A model generated the notes under the pieces. That model was not told the DNA's origin, did no database searches, and saw only the letters and a program-made list of their open reading frames with translations. DNA of 64,000 nucleotides from positions 66,649,350-66,713,349 of the forward strand of contig NC_058131.1 in NCBI RefSeq assembly GCF_016433145.1, written 5' to 3'. The number at the start of each line of letters is the position of its first letter. The stretch's first letter is position 1. Made by a program: the position numbers and the translations under genes. The stretch comes from Gracilinanus agilis. Its lineage: Eukaryota. Of the stretch, positions 37,801-49,904 are shown one piece after another.

Positions 37801-37964
37801 TTGCAGTTCATGGTCAGAGAACAGAACAAAGTTAATTGAATTCTCAGGAAATTTAATGTGTAGTTTTGACCTAAGAACCAATAAGCCCTAAGTAAATGAC
37901 ATTCATCTACTCAGGAGAAGCTAAGCGTAGGATACTTTCTCTCATTACTGTGACAAATTAGAGT

Positions 37965-38285
37965 AATAATAATAACAGATAACTTTTCTATGGTGCCTTA
38001 AGGCCTACAAAGCACTTTATCTTCGTAATCTCATTTGATTCTCATAATTACCCTCTGAGGTAGGCAGGAAAAAGGATGACTGCTTTATTTTCCATATCAA
38101 GAAAGCAGGGTCAGAGAAATAATATGACTTGACCAGTGTTCTTTGGCTGGAATTTGATAGTGTGGTCTAGTTTGGAAGAATATCAGATAGAATCAGAAAA
38201 CCTAGTTTCAAATCTTGGCCCTGAGACTTCTTGACTGTGCAATCTTGGATAAGTCACATTCTTTCTGGGCCTTAGTTTCCTCTCT
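37965..38285. mobile_element. two opposed MIR relics
   Basis: Antisense (atctcatttgattctcataattaccctctgagg), then sense (cttggataagtcacatt...ccttagtttcctc). Confidence 0.65.
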
Positions 38286-38879
38286 CTCTTTAAAACTCTT
38301 GCATTTTATACTTCACCCATTGTTATATACATCACAGACTGCTATATCAACATGTGCCCTTATTCTAACTCCAAGTTCAGTGTTCTTTGTATGACCCTGA
38401 TGATATAGTTTCCTGTTCTCTGGAGCAATTTGTGTATAAATTTATCACAGGAGAAAAGGTGCATGCAGAGATCATTTAGAAAGCCCCGAAAATTGGAATT
38501 GTATGTTTTCTGCCTAAGGACAAGAAAGGTAAAGAAACTGGGAAATAGTGGAGGAGATTAAATGGGAAACATCTGGGAACTGTGCCCTTCCCTGGCAGAG
38601 AAATAGATTTTCCATTAGTAATATCTAATAGCTATGCCTACTATAAAGAATTTGAGTAGAAAATCATTCCATAACAGTATTCTAATGTCAGTGATGAGGA
38701 GTGTAAGCTACATTGTTCATTACTTTGTGATTCATTCAGTTCAAGACCATAAAGTCACATTTTTCTCCTTTGTGGTATTCCTAGAAAATGGACATAGAGA
38801 CTTGTTGGCACACAGCATAATAGCTAGGAATTTGTGCTCCCAGGGCAAGAATGAAATAATCCTTCACTTGCCATGGGTG

Positions 38880-39250
38880 TGCCACTGGTCTGGGGAGGGA
38901 GAAAGATCACTGGGTAAGCACAAAGTCAGAGACCCTCCTCCCTTCTCTTTATATACCCTCTTGTTTGGGGATCTCAGTAACATTCAATCACTTTCAATTA
39001 TCATCTCTATTCAGATGAATCTTAATTCTTTTATTTTTCCCTAGGCTCTGATCTTATGGGACCAACAAACTTCTGTATGTCTCTATCTACCTAGCTATTC
39101 CACGGACATCTCAGATTCAACATATCCAAAACAGAATTGGCTGTATTTTCTCCAAAATCTATCTTTCCTCCAAACTTCCCCATTTCTGCTGATATTTGTT
39201 CTTATAAACTCTTAACCTTAACAGCACTTTAATTGCTTAATAAATATTTG
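38880..39250 (+). mobile_element. L2 relic
   Basis: cacggacatctcagattcaacatatccaaaacagaatt is a diagnostic L2 motif. Confidence 0.7.
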
Positions 39251-39454
39251 CTAAATTTAAATTTGAAGAATCAAATGTATGTTGGGAAAGGAGGAGTTGA
39301 TTCTAGAAATTGTAAGTGCTTGGTACCCCACCTATCATTTTATTTTAACTAATTATCATGGTTATTGAATTGCTAAGTTCTGCCATTTCTGTATTATTGA
39401 ATAACTACTAGAGTTTTCATCACTTTGTGGGTGAAGACCTATTCATTCTATTTT

Positions 39455-40925
39455 AGTTCTGTTCTTTGTTATTCATTTCAAAGAGGATCGATGACATGAT
39501 GAGGTGATAGCTTGACTTTTGTGTGAACTGGATATAAGTGAGGCTTAGACACACAAAGTTTTCAGCCTCATTCTCTCTTGCAGATCCATTGAACTCCACT
39601 GGAAAGACACAAGATTGGCCATGGCTGGAGATGCAGTGAATGGCTTTGGCTTCTTTGATGCTAACCAAGCTCTAAAGGTGCTGTAATTCCAACTTCGACG
39701 GCCTTCATGGTTGTTGGAACAAACACTTCTCATTCACTTTCAGCAGGAGGTCTTTATATGCCTGGAGTAGACAGACACCCTCTTACAAATTATAAGAATT
39801 AACAGAGCCAGGTACCCAATGTTAGGGATGGAGGGGAGATTGAGAGAGTCTATGAGGTGAAACTCTCTTCTAGCTCTCCCCTCTTGCTAAATATACACTC
39901 TGAGACTTTAAGTGGGTGTCACCCCTAAACTTGGTGACCTGGATGGTTGGGCTGACCCACAGCCGTTAGGGGCAAGGCTTCCCTATAAGAGGAGGTATGG
40001 AGGACCCCAATCTGATTCTGAATGAGGGCGGGGTTCACACAAGCCTCCCCCAAGGTCAGTTGACTTCACAGCAGGTAGTCTGGCTTCAAGATGGAGGCAG
40101 CCAGACCAAGATGTGATTCTCCTCCCCCCTCGTTGTCTCTCTGGTACTCTGGAATGCTATCTGACTAATGAATGTCTTTTATTAATATCAATATAGGGAT
40201 TGGGGAAAGGGGTGAAGGGCAGAGGGACTTTGGGGTGCCCTCTTCTCTATTTCTATGGGGTTCATCACTCAGGTGGGAACCTTTGGGGTTCCCACTCCTA
40301 AGCATCTCCCCCCTTGTCCGTTCTCTTTCTGTTTCTATTTCTATCCTTTTCTATAATTGTAAGTTAGACTGGAAAGTGTCTCTCAGCAAGGTTGGGTAAT
40401 GGGGGAAGGAGCCTAAGAGATTGCTCCCAAAATGGAGTCCCAAAACTTAGCTAACTCGTTTGTTGAAGTCTTGCTGGGTGGAAAGCGATAGGATGCCTTT
40501 GACCAGGGAATCAGGGTTTCAAAGTCCAAAGAAAGCTACTCAGGAAGCCCTCAGGACTGGATTCTAACTGAGATGTTCTCCTCCTCCCTCTCTCAGAACT
40601 CATCGGGAAGTCCCTCTTCCTCCTTCCTCCTTTGGAGAAATCCCCAGCATCCTCTCTGGTCTCAACTGTCAGTAACTGTCACCAATGGCCTTCGTCTGGC
40701 TCTTCTTGTCCCATCCCTCATCCTTACATCAGTCATGGATTTGAGGCCTCTCAGTTACTTCAATTAGTTTAGTTTGGCCCATCTACCACGATGGTTTTAC
40801 CAAGGTATGGCCACTGCACATGCAAAATAGTGGAAGAGATTAAATGGTACTTGGATCCACAGGCGGTTGCCAAAGGAGAACAGCATCTCTGAAAAGGGCT
40901 CAGCAAGCCTTCACACCAAAGAAAT
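39455..40925 (+). mobile_element. WallSI3/4-like SINE split by a solo LTR (arms 39455-39790 and 40729-40925)
   Basis: ...ggagtagacagacaccctcttacaaat | LTR | tcagtcatggatttgaggcctc...ctctgaaaagggctcagcaagccttcacacca. Confidence 0.75.
39791..40728 (-). mobile_element. solo LTR, about 938 bp
   Basis: Termini t(a)taagaatt ... tccttaca (a TGTAAG/CTTACA pair with one inferred G>A); minus-strand AATAAA at about 40178-40183; interrupts a SINE; TSD degraded. Orientation inferred. Confidence 0.78.
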
Positions 40926-41079
40926 CAGACCTCTCTGAAACCATAAGCCCCCATTTTAGTTATATCTCTGCCAGCAGAAGTAATTCAAATTAGCCTAGTT
41001 TGATAACAACATTTATCAATGGCTGCATCCTCAAGTGATCTTACCAGCTCTGAATGATTCCCTAAGTCCTTCAGTGGAA

Positions 41080-41960
41080 TACAATAAACAATTATTAAGT
41101 GCATTCTATGGCAAAAAAAAAAAAGGGCTGACTGGGAATATATAAAGAAAAATTATTTTAGGTCTCTTCCCCTAGGCAGGTTATCTTGAACTGGGGACAA
41201 AATATGTAAATAGAAAAGTAAACACAGTAAGGACAAAGAAAACTATATTCTAGGGGGCATTAGGAACATAAAGGAAGGATTCCTCATATTTGGTTATTTA
41301 AATATGAACCAGTGTGTTCTCTACCTGTTGTCATTTTTGGGTGCCCTGTGTCTTTCATACTTACCTTTACTCTCTCTGAGGCTCCCAGATCCCAGAATCC
41401 TCCTCTAGCCCCAATTTAAAGTCAGATTGAATTTCTCCAAATATTTTAACTGTTTCTTTGGTTCATGATACTCCTATTGCTCAAGATCTGGACTCTTCTC
41501 TCGCATTTGCCCTCTCCGAACTCTCCAGAATCTCTAGATATAAAACTGGGAGGGAAAGGCTGAAGCTTTCTCTGTTTCATTTGAGATTTAGTAACCAAAA
41601 AATGATTACATTTCTCACAAAGGTAAAACAAAACAAAATAAAATAAACGAAACTTGGCTAACTTCATTCTTTTCCAGCTATTCTTCTCATATAGGCTTGT
41701 CATTACCACCTGCTCATTCTCTTGAAAAAGTTTCCCTTTCTTCTTCCACTCTTTGTACAGCCCCTCCCTGATCAATCTACCCTTCACAGCAGTACTACAA
41801 TAATCTTTCTTATGCCTAAATCTGATCATATTTCTCATCCGATCAAAACCCATCAGTGGTTCTCTGAAGACTATTGAGTAAAGGTCAAATTCCTGTGCTT
41901 GGTATCCAAGGTCTTCCACCTCCTGGTGCTATCTTGCTTTTCTAATCTTTTATCCTATTA
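41080..41960. mobile_element. L2 relics (tail + internal)
   Basis: aacaattattaagtgcattctatgg tail; ctaaatctgatcatatttctc...cccatcagtggttctc...caaggtcttccacc. Confidence 0.55.
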
Positions 41961-42034
41961 CTGACTTTCACCCAATTTGTAGGGTAGTCAAAATGCTCTA
42001 CCTACTCTCTACTTATTTCCTCTCCCTTATCTAA

Positions 42035-42245
42035 ACACACTTTCTCTGTCTTTGTTTTTCTCCGCCTCTTAATCATCTTTCTGTTTCTGCTTTTTTGTCT
42101 CTCTTTCTCTTTCTGTCTTTCTGTGTCTCTATGTCCTTTTATCTCTCTACCTTTCTGCCTCTCTGTCTCCCTGCCTCTCTCTGTCTCTCTTTCTGTCTCT
42201 GTCTGCCTGTCTCTCTTGACAGGTTCTCTATTCTTCTCTTCTTTT
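42035..42245. repeat. CT-rich low-complexity tract
   Basis: Degenerate (CT)/(CTGT). Confidence 0.9.
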
Positions 42246-42264
42246 AATCAAGGTCCCATCTAAC

Positions 42265-42405
42265 TGTTTCTAGTACTCAATACCGTGAGACCTTGGGAAA
42301 GTCATTTATTCTTTCTGGATCTCAGTTTCCTTAATTATACAAACAGATAATTAGAACTGATGGCCTCTTGAATCACCTCTATTTCTAAAATTTTTATCCT
42401 ACAGG
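42265..42405 (+). mobile_element. MIR3 relic
   Basis: gtgagaccttgggaaagtcattt...ctcagtttcctt. Confidence 0.65.
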
Positions 42406-42502
42406 AAAGAAAAACTAAAAACTAAAACACAATAGCCATATTACTTAACCATGGACTTATTATGAATGTCAGATGATATGGTAATGTAAAGAGAAGAAAC
42501 AA

Positions 42503-42735
42503 CTAGGTGGCACAGTAGATAGAGTGACAGACTTGGATTCATTAAAACACATCTTAGTGAAATCAAATCTAGCCTTAGACAACTGGACAAATCACTTAAC
42601 ACTTCCTCAGCTTCCTACTTTATAAAATGAACTAGAGAAGGAAATGGCAAATCATTCCAATATCTTTGTCAAGAAAACTCCAAATGTGGTGATGAAGAGT
42701 TAGACACAACTGAAAAATGACTCAAAAGCAATAAA
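42503..42735 (+). mobile_element. Mar1 SINE
   Basis: ctaggtggcacagtagatagag...gagaaggaaatggcaaatcattccaatatctttgtcaagaaaactcc...gaagagttagacacaactgaa. Confidence 0.88.
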
Positions 42736-42859
42736 TGTAAAGAGAACTATTTGAAAGGTATAACAATATCTCTACTTTGCTTCCCTTACTTGTTCTGAAA
42801 TCAAATATGATCACGAAGGTAAAACCATTATAAATCTTAAAGAACTAGATAGATGTGAG

Positions 42860-43125
42860 ATATCACCCATGCTTATAAGACCTAAAATTGGAAAGGTGAT
42901 TAGAGATTTAATTTAGATTATATAAATATAGAGAGATATATATACTAATAAAGCTATATAACTTGTATATAATTTAATCCATCATCTCATTTTACAGAAA
43001 AGGAAGCTGAAGCTCAAAGAAGGGACTTCACTTGAGCAAGGTCTTACAGTTAATATGTGGTAAATATGATTTGAATTCAAGGTTCCTCATTTCAAATATA
43101 ACATATTTTCTGCTATATTATGTTG
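42860..43125 (-). mobile_element. MIR relic
   Basis: tctcattttacagaaaaggaagctgaagctca...gatttgaattcaagg. Confidence 0.7.
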
Positions 43126-44019
43126 CTTCACTCTTTCTTATTGTCAATGGCCTGACTTTTGAAGTTGCCATTGGGATGACCATTTCCAGACTAACCAGGT
43201 CATTTTGTCATAGTCTTATCTCTTCTACTACCTAAGAAAGACCCTACATATGTGTGTGTGAGAGAGAAACATATATGTGTACATGACTATATGTGTATGC
43301 ACATATATACACACATATAAAGAAGAAATGGATGATGGATGAGGAAGTAGACATTCAGCGAGAGGACCTTGGGAATCCTAGTCTCTAAAGGAAAGTCCTA
43401 TGTTTTGCTCTCTAATCTTTGTGACTAGAGTCCCCATCGAGGGAATGGTTTCATATATGAGCAATTTACCCCAGAGTTCCAGTGGCTAAGGGTGACTGGC
43501 AAATATCTTAAGGACATAAGCAGAGTATTAACTTGTCCTTTGCAATTGCTAGTTCTTTTCCCCAGGAGCCTCTAGGAAGAGCTTTCAGTTTGGCAGCTCA
43601 TTTGTCATTTACTTCGCATAACTTTGGGTAACAGAGAAATACCACTTGGCTGCCTATCAACTTATGTAGTAGTATATGTTTTTAATTTTGCATAATCTTC
43701 CATTTTGGTTCAGATTTGAAAGATTATTCCAGGGAGCCCTGGGCTAGGAGTATTAAGAGATATCTTTCCTTTAATATTGGCTATTCCCCTGGCTAGCCCA
43801 GGAACTTTGAACATGGCACTTGCTTCCCCTAGGCTTCACTTTCTATAGATATGAAATTGGGACCACAATGGCTACCTGCACATCACCAAAATTTTGGTCA
43901 ATAAAAGATGAATTTCTTTGGCCACAGTGACTCTTAAATTCAAATCAACATCCTGGGAGAGGATGTTTATTCTGAGGACATCTCAGATACAACAAGAATG
44001 AAAATAACAGTTATAAAAC

Positions 44020-44500
44020 CTAATTGAGTTGTTATGAGGATTAAATATGATGTGAACATATATATGTACATATGCATGAAGAGTTATTTGTAAAATTCTA
44101 TGGAAAAATAAGATTTGGGTCTAGCCACTGTCTCTAATCCTCTGTTTCCTTATGTATAAAATGAGACATTAACATTTGAACTATCTACTTCACTGAATCA
44201 TTGTGAGGAAAGTATTTGTCATGCATTAAAGTACTAGGAAAAGATGAATTATTATTAACAATAATAATATTATCTAGCATCCATATAGTGACTTAAGGAT
44301 TTTAAAACTCTTTACAGATGCCATTTTATTTGTTCTTACAATCTTGAGAGGTTAGTACTCTCTCCTTTTACAGATAAGGAAACTGAGTCTGAGAGAAGTT
44401 TAGTGTTTTGCCCAAAGTCATCCAGTGAAGCATATGTCTGCATTAGATTTGAACCCAGCTCCAAGACTCCAACAACTCATATTTCATGCCCAGTACTCTA
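44020..44500. mobile_element. cluster of MIR relics, both orientations
   Basis: ctgtttccttatgtataaaatgag (sense); ttttacagataaggaaactgagtctgaga (antisense). Confidence 0.7.
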
Positions 44501-44857
44501 TAGCTGTGGGAGAGTTGAATTAGAACAGAGAACCATCAAGGACAAAATGTCAATAAAAAGAAGTGACTTAGGATGTAAAATGGCAAGGTGGAAAGGGATC
44601 TAGAACATAGAATGTCAAGAGGAAAAAGGAAGTATTCAACATGGATTGTTAGAACATCCTGTCTCATATGATTGCTTGTATGTAAGTGTTGGATTCTACG
44701 GTGGCAATGTATACTATTCAGAGTATACTGGGACACTCTTGAAATTAATGTAGACTCCACATATTTCTATGCTGGTTACCAAAGGTTCTCTTTAATTAGA
44801 TTCCCCATGGAGGAATCTAAAGCAATGGTACTCCAAGGCATGGTAGGTGGTTTAGGG

Positions 44858-45100
44858 CATCTTAGGTGGCACAGTGGATAGAGCCCTGGGCTTGGGATCA
44901 GGAAGACTCTGCAGACTTCAGGAGTGCAAATCTGGCTTTGAACATTTACTAGCTATTACATAGCTGCATAACCCTATTTGCCTCAATTTCCTCATCTGTA
45001 AAATGATCTGGAGAAGGAAATGGTAAGCCGCTCCAGGATCTATGCCAAAAAACCCCAAAATGGGATCACAAAGAGTCAGACACTACTGAAATGACATAAC
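44858..45100 (+). mobile_element. Mar1 SINE
   Basis: aggtggcacagtggatagagccctggg...ggagaaggaaatggtaagccgctccagg...gggatcacaaagagtcagacactactgaa. Confidence 0.9.
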
Positions 45101-45764
45101 ATCAATGATTCTCCAAGACATGACTTCACCGTGAAATGTCTCAGGGGCAATATTAACTTTCTAGATTGTTTTGTCCGTTTTAGAAAACTTGCATGTCAGT
45201 TTGTATGCCATAAAATTATTGTTTTTTTTTAGCAGGGACAGGGAGGTACATGAGTTGGTACCATTTAAAGAGAAGTTGTTCCAATTTCCCTCAAACTAGA
45301 ACAAATAAAATTCCCAAAGATAATGAACATATCCCAGCATGAATCCATTTTCAATTATATCTATAAAATATCTCTCAGTATCATCTATTAAAATGTAGAT
45401 CTGTGAAGTAAATAGCATTGTTCCAGGTTTGTTATTTTATTTTACTCTCAAAAAGTAAGAAGTTTCTATCCTATCATTGCAGAACAGGCTGGGGCATCCT
45501 TGTGTTAGAGGAGAAGAATAAATAAATTTATAGAAAAGCATAAGTTACAAGCCTATTATGTACCAGGATGTGTTCTGGGCACTAAAGATACAAAAGACAC
45601 AAAAGGCTGTCTTACAAAGGTAAGGTAGTCCCTGCTCTCAAGGAGCTTACATTCTAAGAGGGCAGAGGTTCTTTGCCTTAAATATATAATTCTCTAAACA
45701 GATTATTGTTATAATTTAGGGAATCTCTTAATTCAGTTGGAGGAGTAGATCTTTTTCCCAATTA

Positions 45765-46330
45765 TGAGCAGTAACAATTTTCAACATATGTTGTCAAAAT
45801 TATAAGATCCAAATTGTCTTTCTCCCTCCTTTTCTCTCCCTCACAGAAATGGGAAGCAATTTGATCTGGGTTATACATGTATTACTATGCAAAACAAGCT
45901 TCCATATTAGTCTTTGTTGCAAAAGATTACTCATACTCATATAAAATCAAAACCCAAAATAAAAACACAAATAAACTGAAGTGAAAAATTGTTTGCTTTG
46001 ATCTACATTCTGACTCTAATAGTTCTTCCTCTGTAGATGATAGCATTCTTTGCCATAAGTCCTTCAGGATTGTCCGGGATCACTGTATTGCTGAAAGTAG
46101 TTAAGTTTTTCACAGTTGATCATCATGTAATTTTGTTATTGTTGTGTATGGTGTTCTCCTGGTACCACTTATTTCACTACATCAATTCATGGAGGATTTT
46201 CCAGTTTTTATTGTCATTTCATATAGCACAATAATATTCCATCACCATCATATATGACAATTTGTTCAGTCATTCCCCAATTAATGGACATCCCTTCAAT
46301 TTTCAATTCTTAACCATCACCACAATATGT
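45765..46330 (-). mobile_element. L1 3' end fragment
   Basis: Antisense marsupial L1 3' UTR (gtccgggatcactgtattgctg...cattccccaattaatggacatcccttc). Confidence 0.85.
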
Positions 46331-46380
46331 TTTGTATATATTTGTATATATATATAAGCATATATATACATATATATATA

Positions 46381-47242
46381 TATTAAGGCTTAAAATGGGA
46401 TACAATATCTTCTTTTAGGCTCTAATTGTTGTTACTTTTAAAAACAGTTGACTGCCAGCTGAGTTTGAGCTAAGGCTTTGAGTAACAGTTTTGGGCCTAC
46501 TTGAAGAAGACTGATATTTCTTAGAGACAGATTGTACAAAAAAATCTCTATTTAATAAATATTAAAGTTTTAAGGAAAGGTTGGGATAAATAAACACAGG
46601 TTGAGGATAGGACCCCTAAATCTAAAAGGGGGGGGTCTAAGTTTTTCCCAATTCTACTCTGATTCACAAGAATCTGCTTCTTGCTCAGGTTTCCCTGAGC
46701 CTAACTTACAGCACCTTATCACTGAACTAAATCCTCAGAGTCTATGTTAAATAACCTAAGCTAAATAGTATCCTTATATATAATTTAAAATTTATTGCCT
46801 CCTTGTATTCCTTCAGATCATTCCTCCAACTGTCAGTACTTTCTTGGCCTACTCAGGCTAGGTCAGGCTTCTTGGCCTTGTTAGGCCTCAAAAGGCCTGC
46901 CTCTACCTTCAGTCACACAGAGGTAGACAAATACAGTCTCTCTCCTTTTTTCTCTTGATCTTCATCACAATGTGCTTCCTCCTTCAACTGTCACTCTTGG
47001 TTTTCCCAGTTTTCCAAAATAGATCCAGAGAGCAGGATCCAACCAGACTCTCAGAGAAAGATTTCTCTCCAAGATACTCTTGGCAGTTGGAAGTCCAACC
47101 CTTCCCAGCTTCTCAGCATTTCCTGCAGGAACTTTGCCCAAGATTCTAAGCTGGGCCTCAAACGTGATCTGACACTCTCTTCACTCTGTCCTTAGCTTAC
47201 TAAACCCCAAATTTAGCACAAATCTATTTAAACCTAATAACA
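46381..47242. mobile_element. probable solo LTR, about 860 bp, inserted in a (TA)n tract
   Basis: Left end t(a)ttaaggcttaaaat, right end aacctaataaca; flanked by tata on both sides; complex non-LINE/SINE sequence with minus-strand AATAAA at about 46791-46796. Left boundary inferred. Confidence 0.65.
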
Positions 47243-47439
47243 TATATATTTTTATATGATTATTGATAGCTTTGAATTCTTCATGTGAAAACAGTTTATT
47301 CAGATCCTTTGTCTGTTGGGTTTAGTTCTGTGATTTAATTGTTGTGACCATTGGAAAGTAACTTTCCTTCCTCAGACTTCAGTAGCTTCATCTAAATCTT
47401 GAGGAGATTTAAATGAATAAACACTAAGGTAAATTAGTG

Positions 47440-47865
47440 GAGTGACAATTTTGGACAAAGTACTAAACTTGGTGTGAAAAAGACTTGGGTTGGTTCAAAT
47501 CCTGCCCTAGGGAAATCACTCATGTTCTTGCAGTCTCAGTTGCTTTTTTTTTTTAATCCCCAAAATGAAATAATAGTAAGATTTGCATTTCAGGACTATT
47601 GTGAGGTGCAAAGATAATATGAATACATATGACAGGTAGTTAGATTTTGCAGTGGATAGAACACCAGACCAGGAGTCAGAAAGACTTGAGTTCAAATTCA
47701 GCCTCAGATACTTACTAGCTATGTAATTCTAGGTAAGTCATCACCTGTTTGCCTCACTTTCTCATCTGAGAAATGAGCTGGAGAAGGAAATGGCAAGCCA
47801 CTGCTGTATTTTTATCAAGAAAACCTGAAATGGGGTCATGAAGAAACAGACATGACTGAAATAAC
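47440..47865 (+). mobile_element. MIR followed by Mar1 (47632-47865)
   Basis: ggttcaaatcctgcc...; gcagtggatagaacaccag...ggagaaggaaatggcaagccactgc...ggggtcatgaagaaacagacatgactgaa. Confidence 0.8.
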
Positions 47866-47921
47866 AGAAAAATTTAAAAATGCATTTGAAGTGTTTTGTA
47901 GATTTTAAAACATTATAAGAA

Positions 47922-48112
47922 GGGGGCAGCTAAGTGGCTCAAAGGGTTGAGAATTAGACCTAGAAATAGGAATTCCTGAGTTCAAATCTATTCTCACATA
48001 CTTACTAGCTATGTGGGCAGGTCACTAAATCCCCATTATCTAGTCCTAACTACTCTTCTACTTTGGAACCAATGTACAGTATTGATTCTAAGACAGAAGG
48101 TAAGAGTTTAAA
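47922..48112 (+). mobile_element. SINE1_Mdo-like SINE
   Basis: gggggcagctaagtggctc...ggaaccaatgtacagtattgattctaagacagaaggtaagag. Confidence 0.85.
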
Positions 48113-48150
48113 TACATATATATGAATGTCAGTTATTAATTACTTTATTA

Positions 48151-48273
48151 ATTAATTAATTACTAATGCTAAAGTCTATGATTCTATTCTATTAATTAAT
48201 TACTAATGCTAAAGTCTATGATTCTATTCCATTAATTAATTACTAATGCTAAAGTCTATGATTCTATTCTATT
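48151..48273. repeat. tandem triplication of a 40-bp unit
   Basis: attaattaattactaatgctaaagtctatgattctattct x3, with one substitution (48230). Confidence 0.97.
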
Positions 48274-48859
48274 GAATATAGATAGTGGTCTGACCAATTG
48301 CTTTGTCTCATAGCCTCCTTTTTATACTCTTAACTCATAATTTGACTCTATGGAATCTCTGTACTTGCATTAAATCATGATATCTCTTTCTCTCATGTTT
48401 CTCCTTGGAACTCAGTAAATTTTTCTCTTTCTGCCCTATAAAATTCATTGACCTGCATTGACCTGAAATCCTATTCTCATTTCCATGTATCTCTACTTTC
48501 TCACTCCAAATTACATTTTCCAGGATCACTCTTGGTCCACATTTAATAATTTATAATCCTACTTAACCTCCTCCAGATTGTCACTAAAAAGCCCCTTTAA
48601 GCAACAACCCCACCCCAGTTAATTAAAATCCTCTATTCTATTGAAGTATATTGACTCCTATGTCCTACTGTTACATAATAAGATCTAATGGTTGACTCCA
48701 ACCTGAGGAAGCTACACTTGCTAATACTCAAAGAAGAGAACAACCTATATATAAAAAAAAAACTTTGGGGAACTGGAATAAGCAAACTGGGAGAAGGAAT
48801 GAACTAGATATTGAAACAACAAGTTGAGGTCAAAAGTAAGTCTTTTATAACAGGTATAG

Positions 48860-49335
48860 CATCTTATTTAGTTCTAGTTTCTCTATGTCAGGAAAAAAAT
48901 TAATAAACTAAATTGTGTTCAGATGTAGATAATCAGCATGACAAGAGAACTGGAGACTATGCTATGTCATAGGAGAATTCATCGGAAGGAATGGGGAATG
49001 ACAGTCTAAAAAATATAAGATCTGGGGAAGGACTTCACATAAATAGCTCTTATCAAGTTTCTGAAAGGAAGGACATTCAGAAGATGATTTAAACTCGTTC
49101 TTGATCCTAGAGTGGAGAACCATGAGTTTTCCAGAGAATTATGCTTAAGCTTGATGTGAAGAAGTAATTTGGGGTAATCAGAGCTGTCCAAAAGTCAATT
49201 GAGCTGACTTGAGAAGTGGAATATAGTTCTAGCCCGAGGTCCTTGGCAGATGTTGGACGATCACTTATTGGGGATATCTTAGAGGAAGTTCCTTTTTGAG
49301 GATAGGGAGTATTAACTGATCTTCATTGTCCCTTT
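48860..49335 (+). mobile_element. L3/CR1 3' relic
   Basis: aatagctcttatcaagtttctgaaagg...gaagtggaatatagttctagcccgagg...cttcattgtccctttcaaaatttgtgattc. Confidence 0.55.
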
Positions 49336-49904
49336 CAAAATTTGTGATTCTCTCTGGACAACTGGGATTGAAATTTTAGACTCCAGTCATTGTGAATGAA
49401 TGTGAAGCCCAAAAGAGCTAAGAGAAATAAAGAAAAAAAAATCGCCAACAGAACATAATGCTCTTGTCATGCATGGAATGTGTTTGCAGATGGTTTCCTT
49501 TTACCAACAGACTGTCATGTGGTGGCCATGATCTCTCCTGCTCCTGACATGGAGCAATTTATCAAAAGTCATTGGCTAGTCATCGGAGACTAGAGGCATT
49601 CCTGAGGTTGAAATTCCCTTGGCTTTCTCTTCCATGATGATTTAGATTCCTTCGGGACTAGAGATTAGGGAAAATGGATGATGGTTTGGGGTGGATTAGG
49701 AGGTACAAAAGGGATCATGGGAAGATGAAAAATGATTTTATATTAGAATAACATTAGGTTTCAGACTTCTCAGAAGGAAACAGTATGAGTATGACCTTTG
49801 ATAAATCTTGCACAGCTCCTCCTATCTTACAACTAGTTTCTTTACTCTGCCATTAAAGATGCAAAATAGAGATTTCAGTTTCAAAGACTGAAATAATAAC
49901 AGAT

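Noticed and set aside
39791-39822. Possible primer-binding site next to the LTR (ttgggtacctgg on the minus strand)
   Set aside because: Matches no tRNA 3' end I know; better read as part of the LTR terminus.
41446-41919. 157-aa minus-strand ORF
   Set aside because: Lies in a decayed L2 relic; no recognisable domain or splice context.
48151-48273. CRISPR-like direct repeats
   Set aside because: Units are contiguous with no unique spacers; eukaryotic context; no cas genes.
38400-49640. Shared gagcaattt core at about 38420, 43460 and 49553 suggesting one ancient repeat family
   Set aside because: Similarity is too short to establish by eye.
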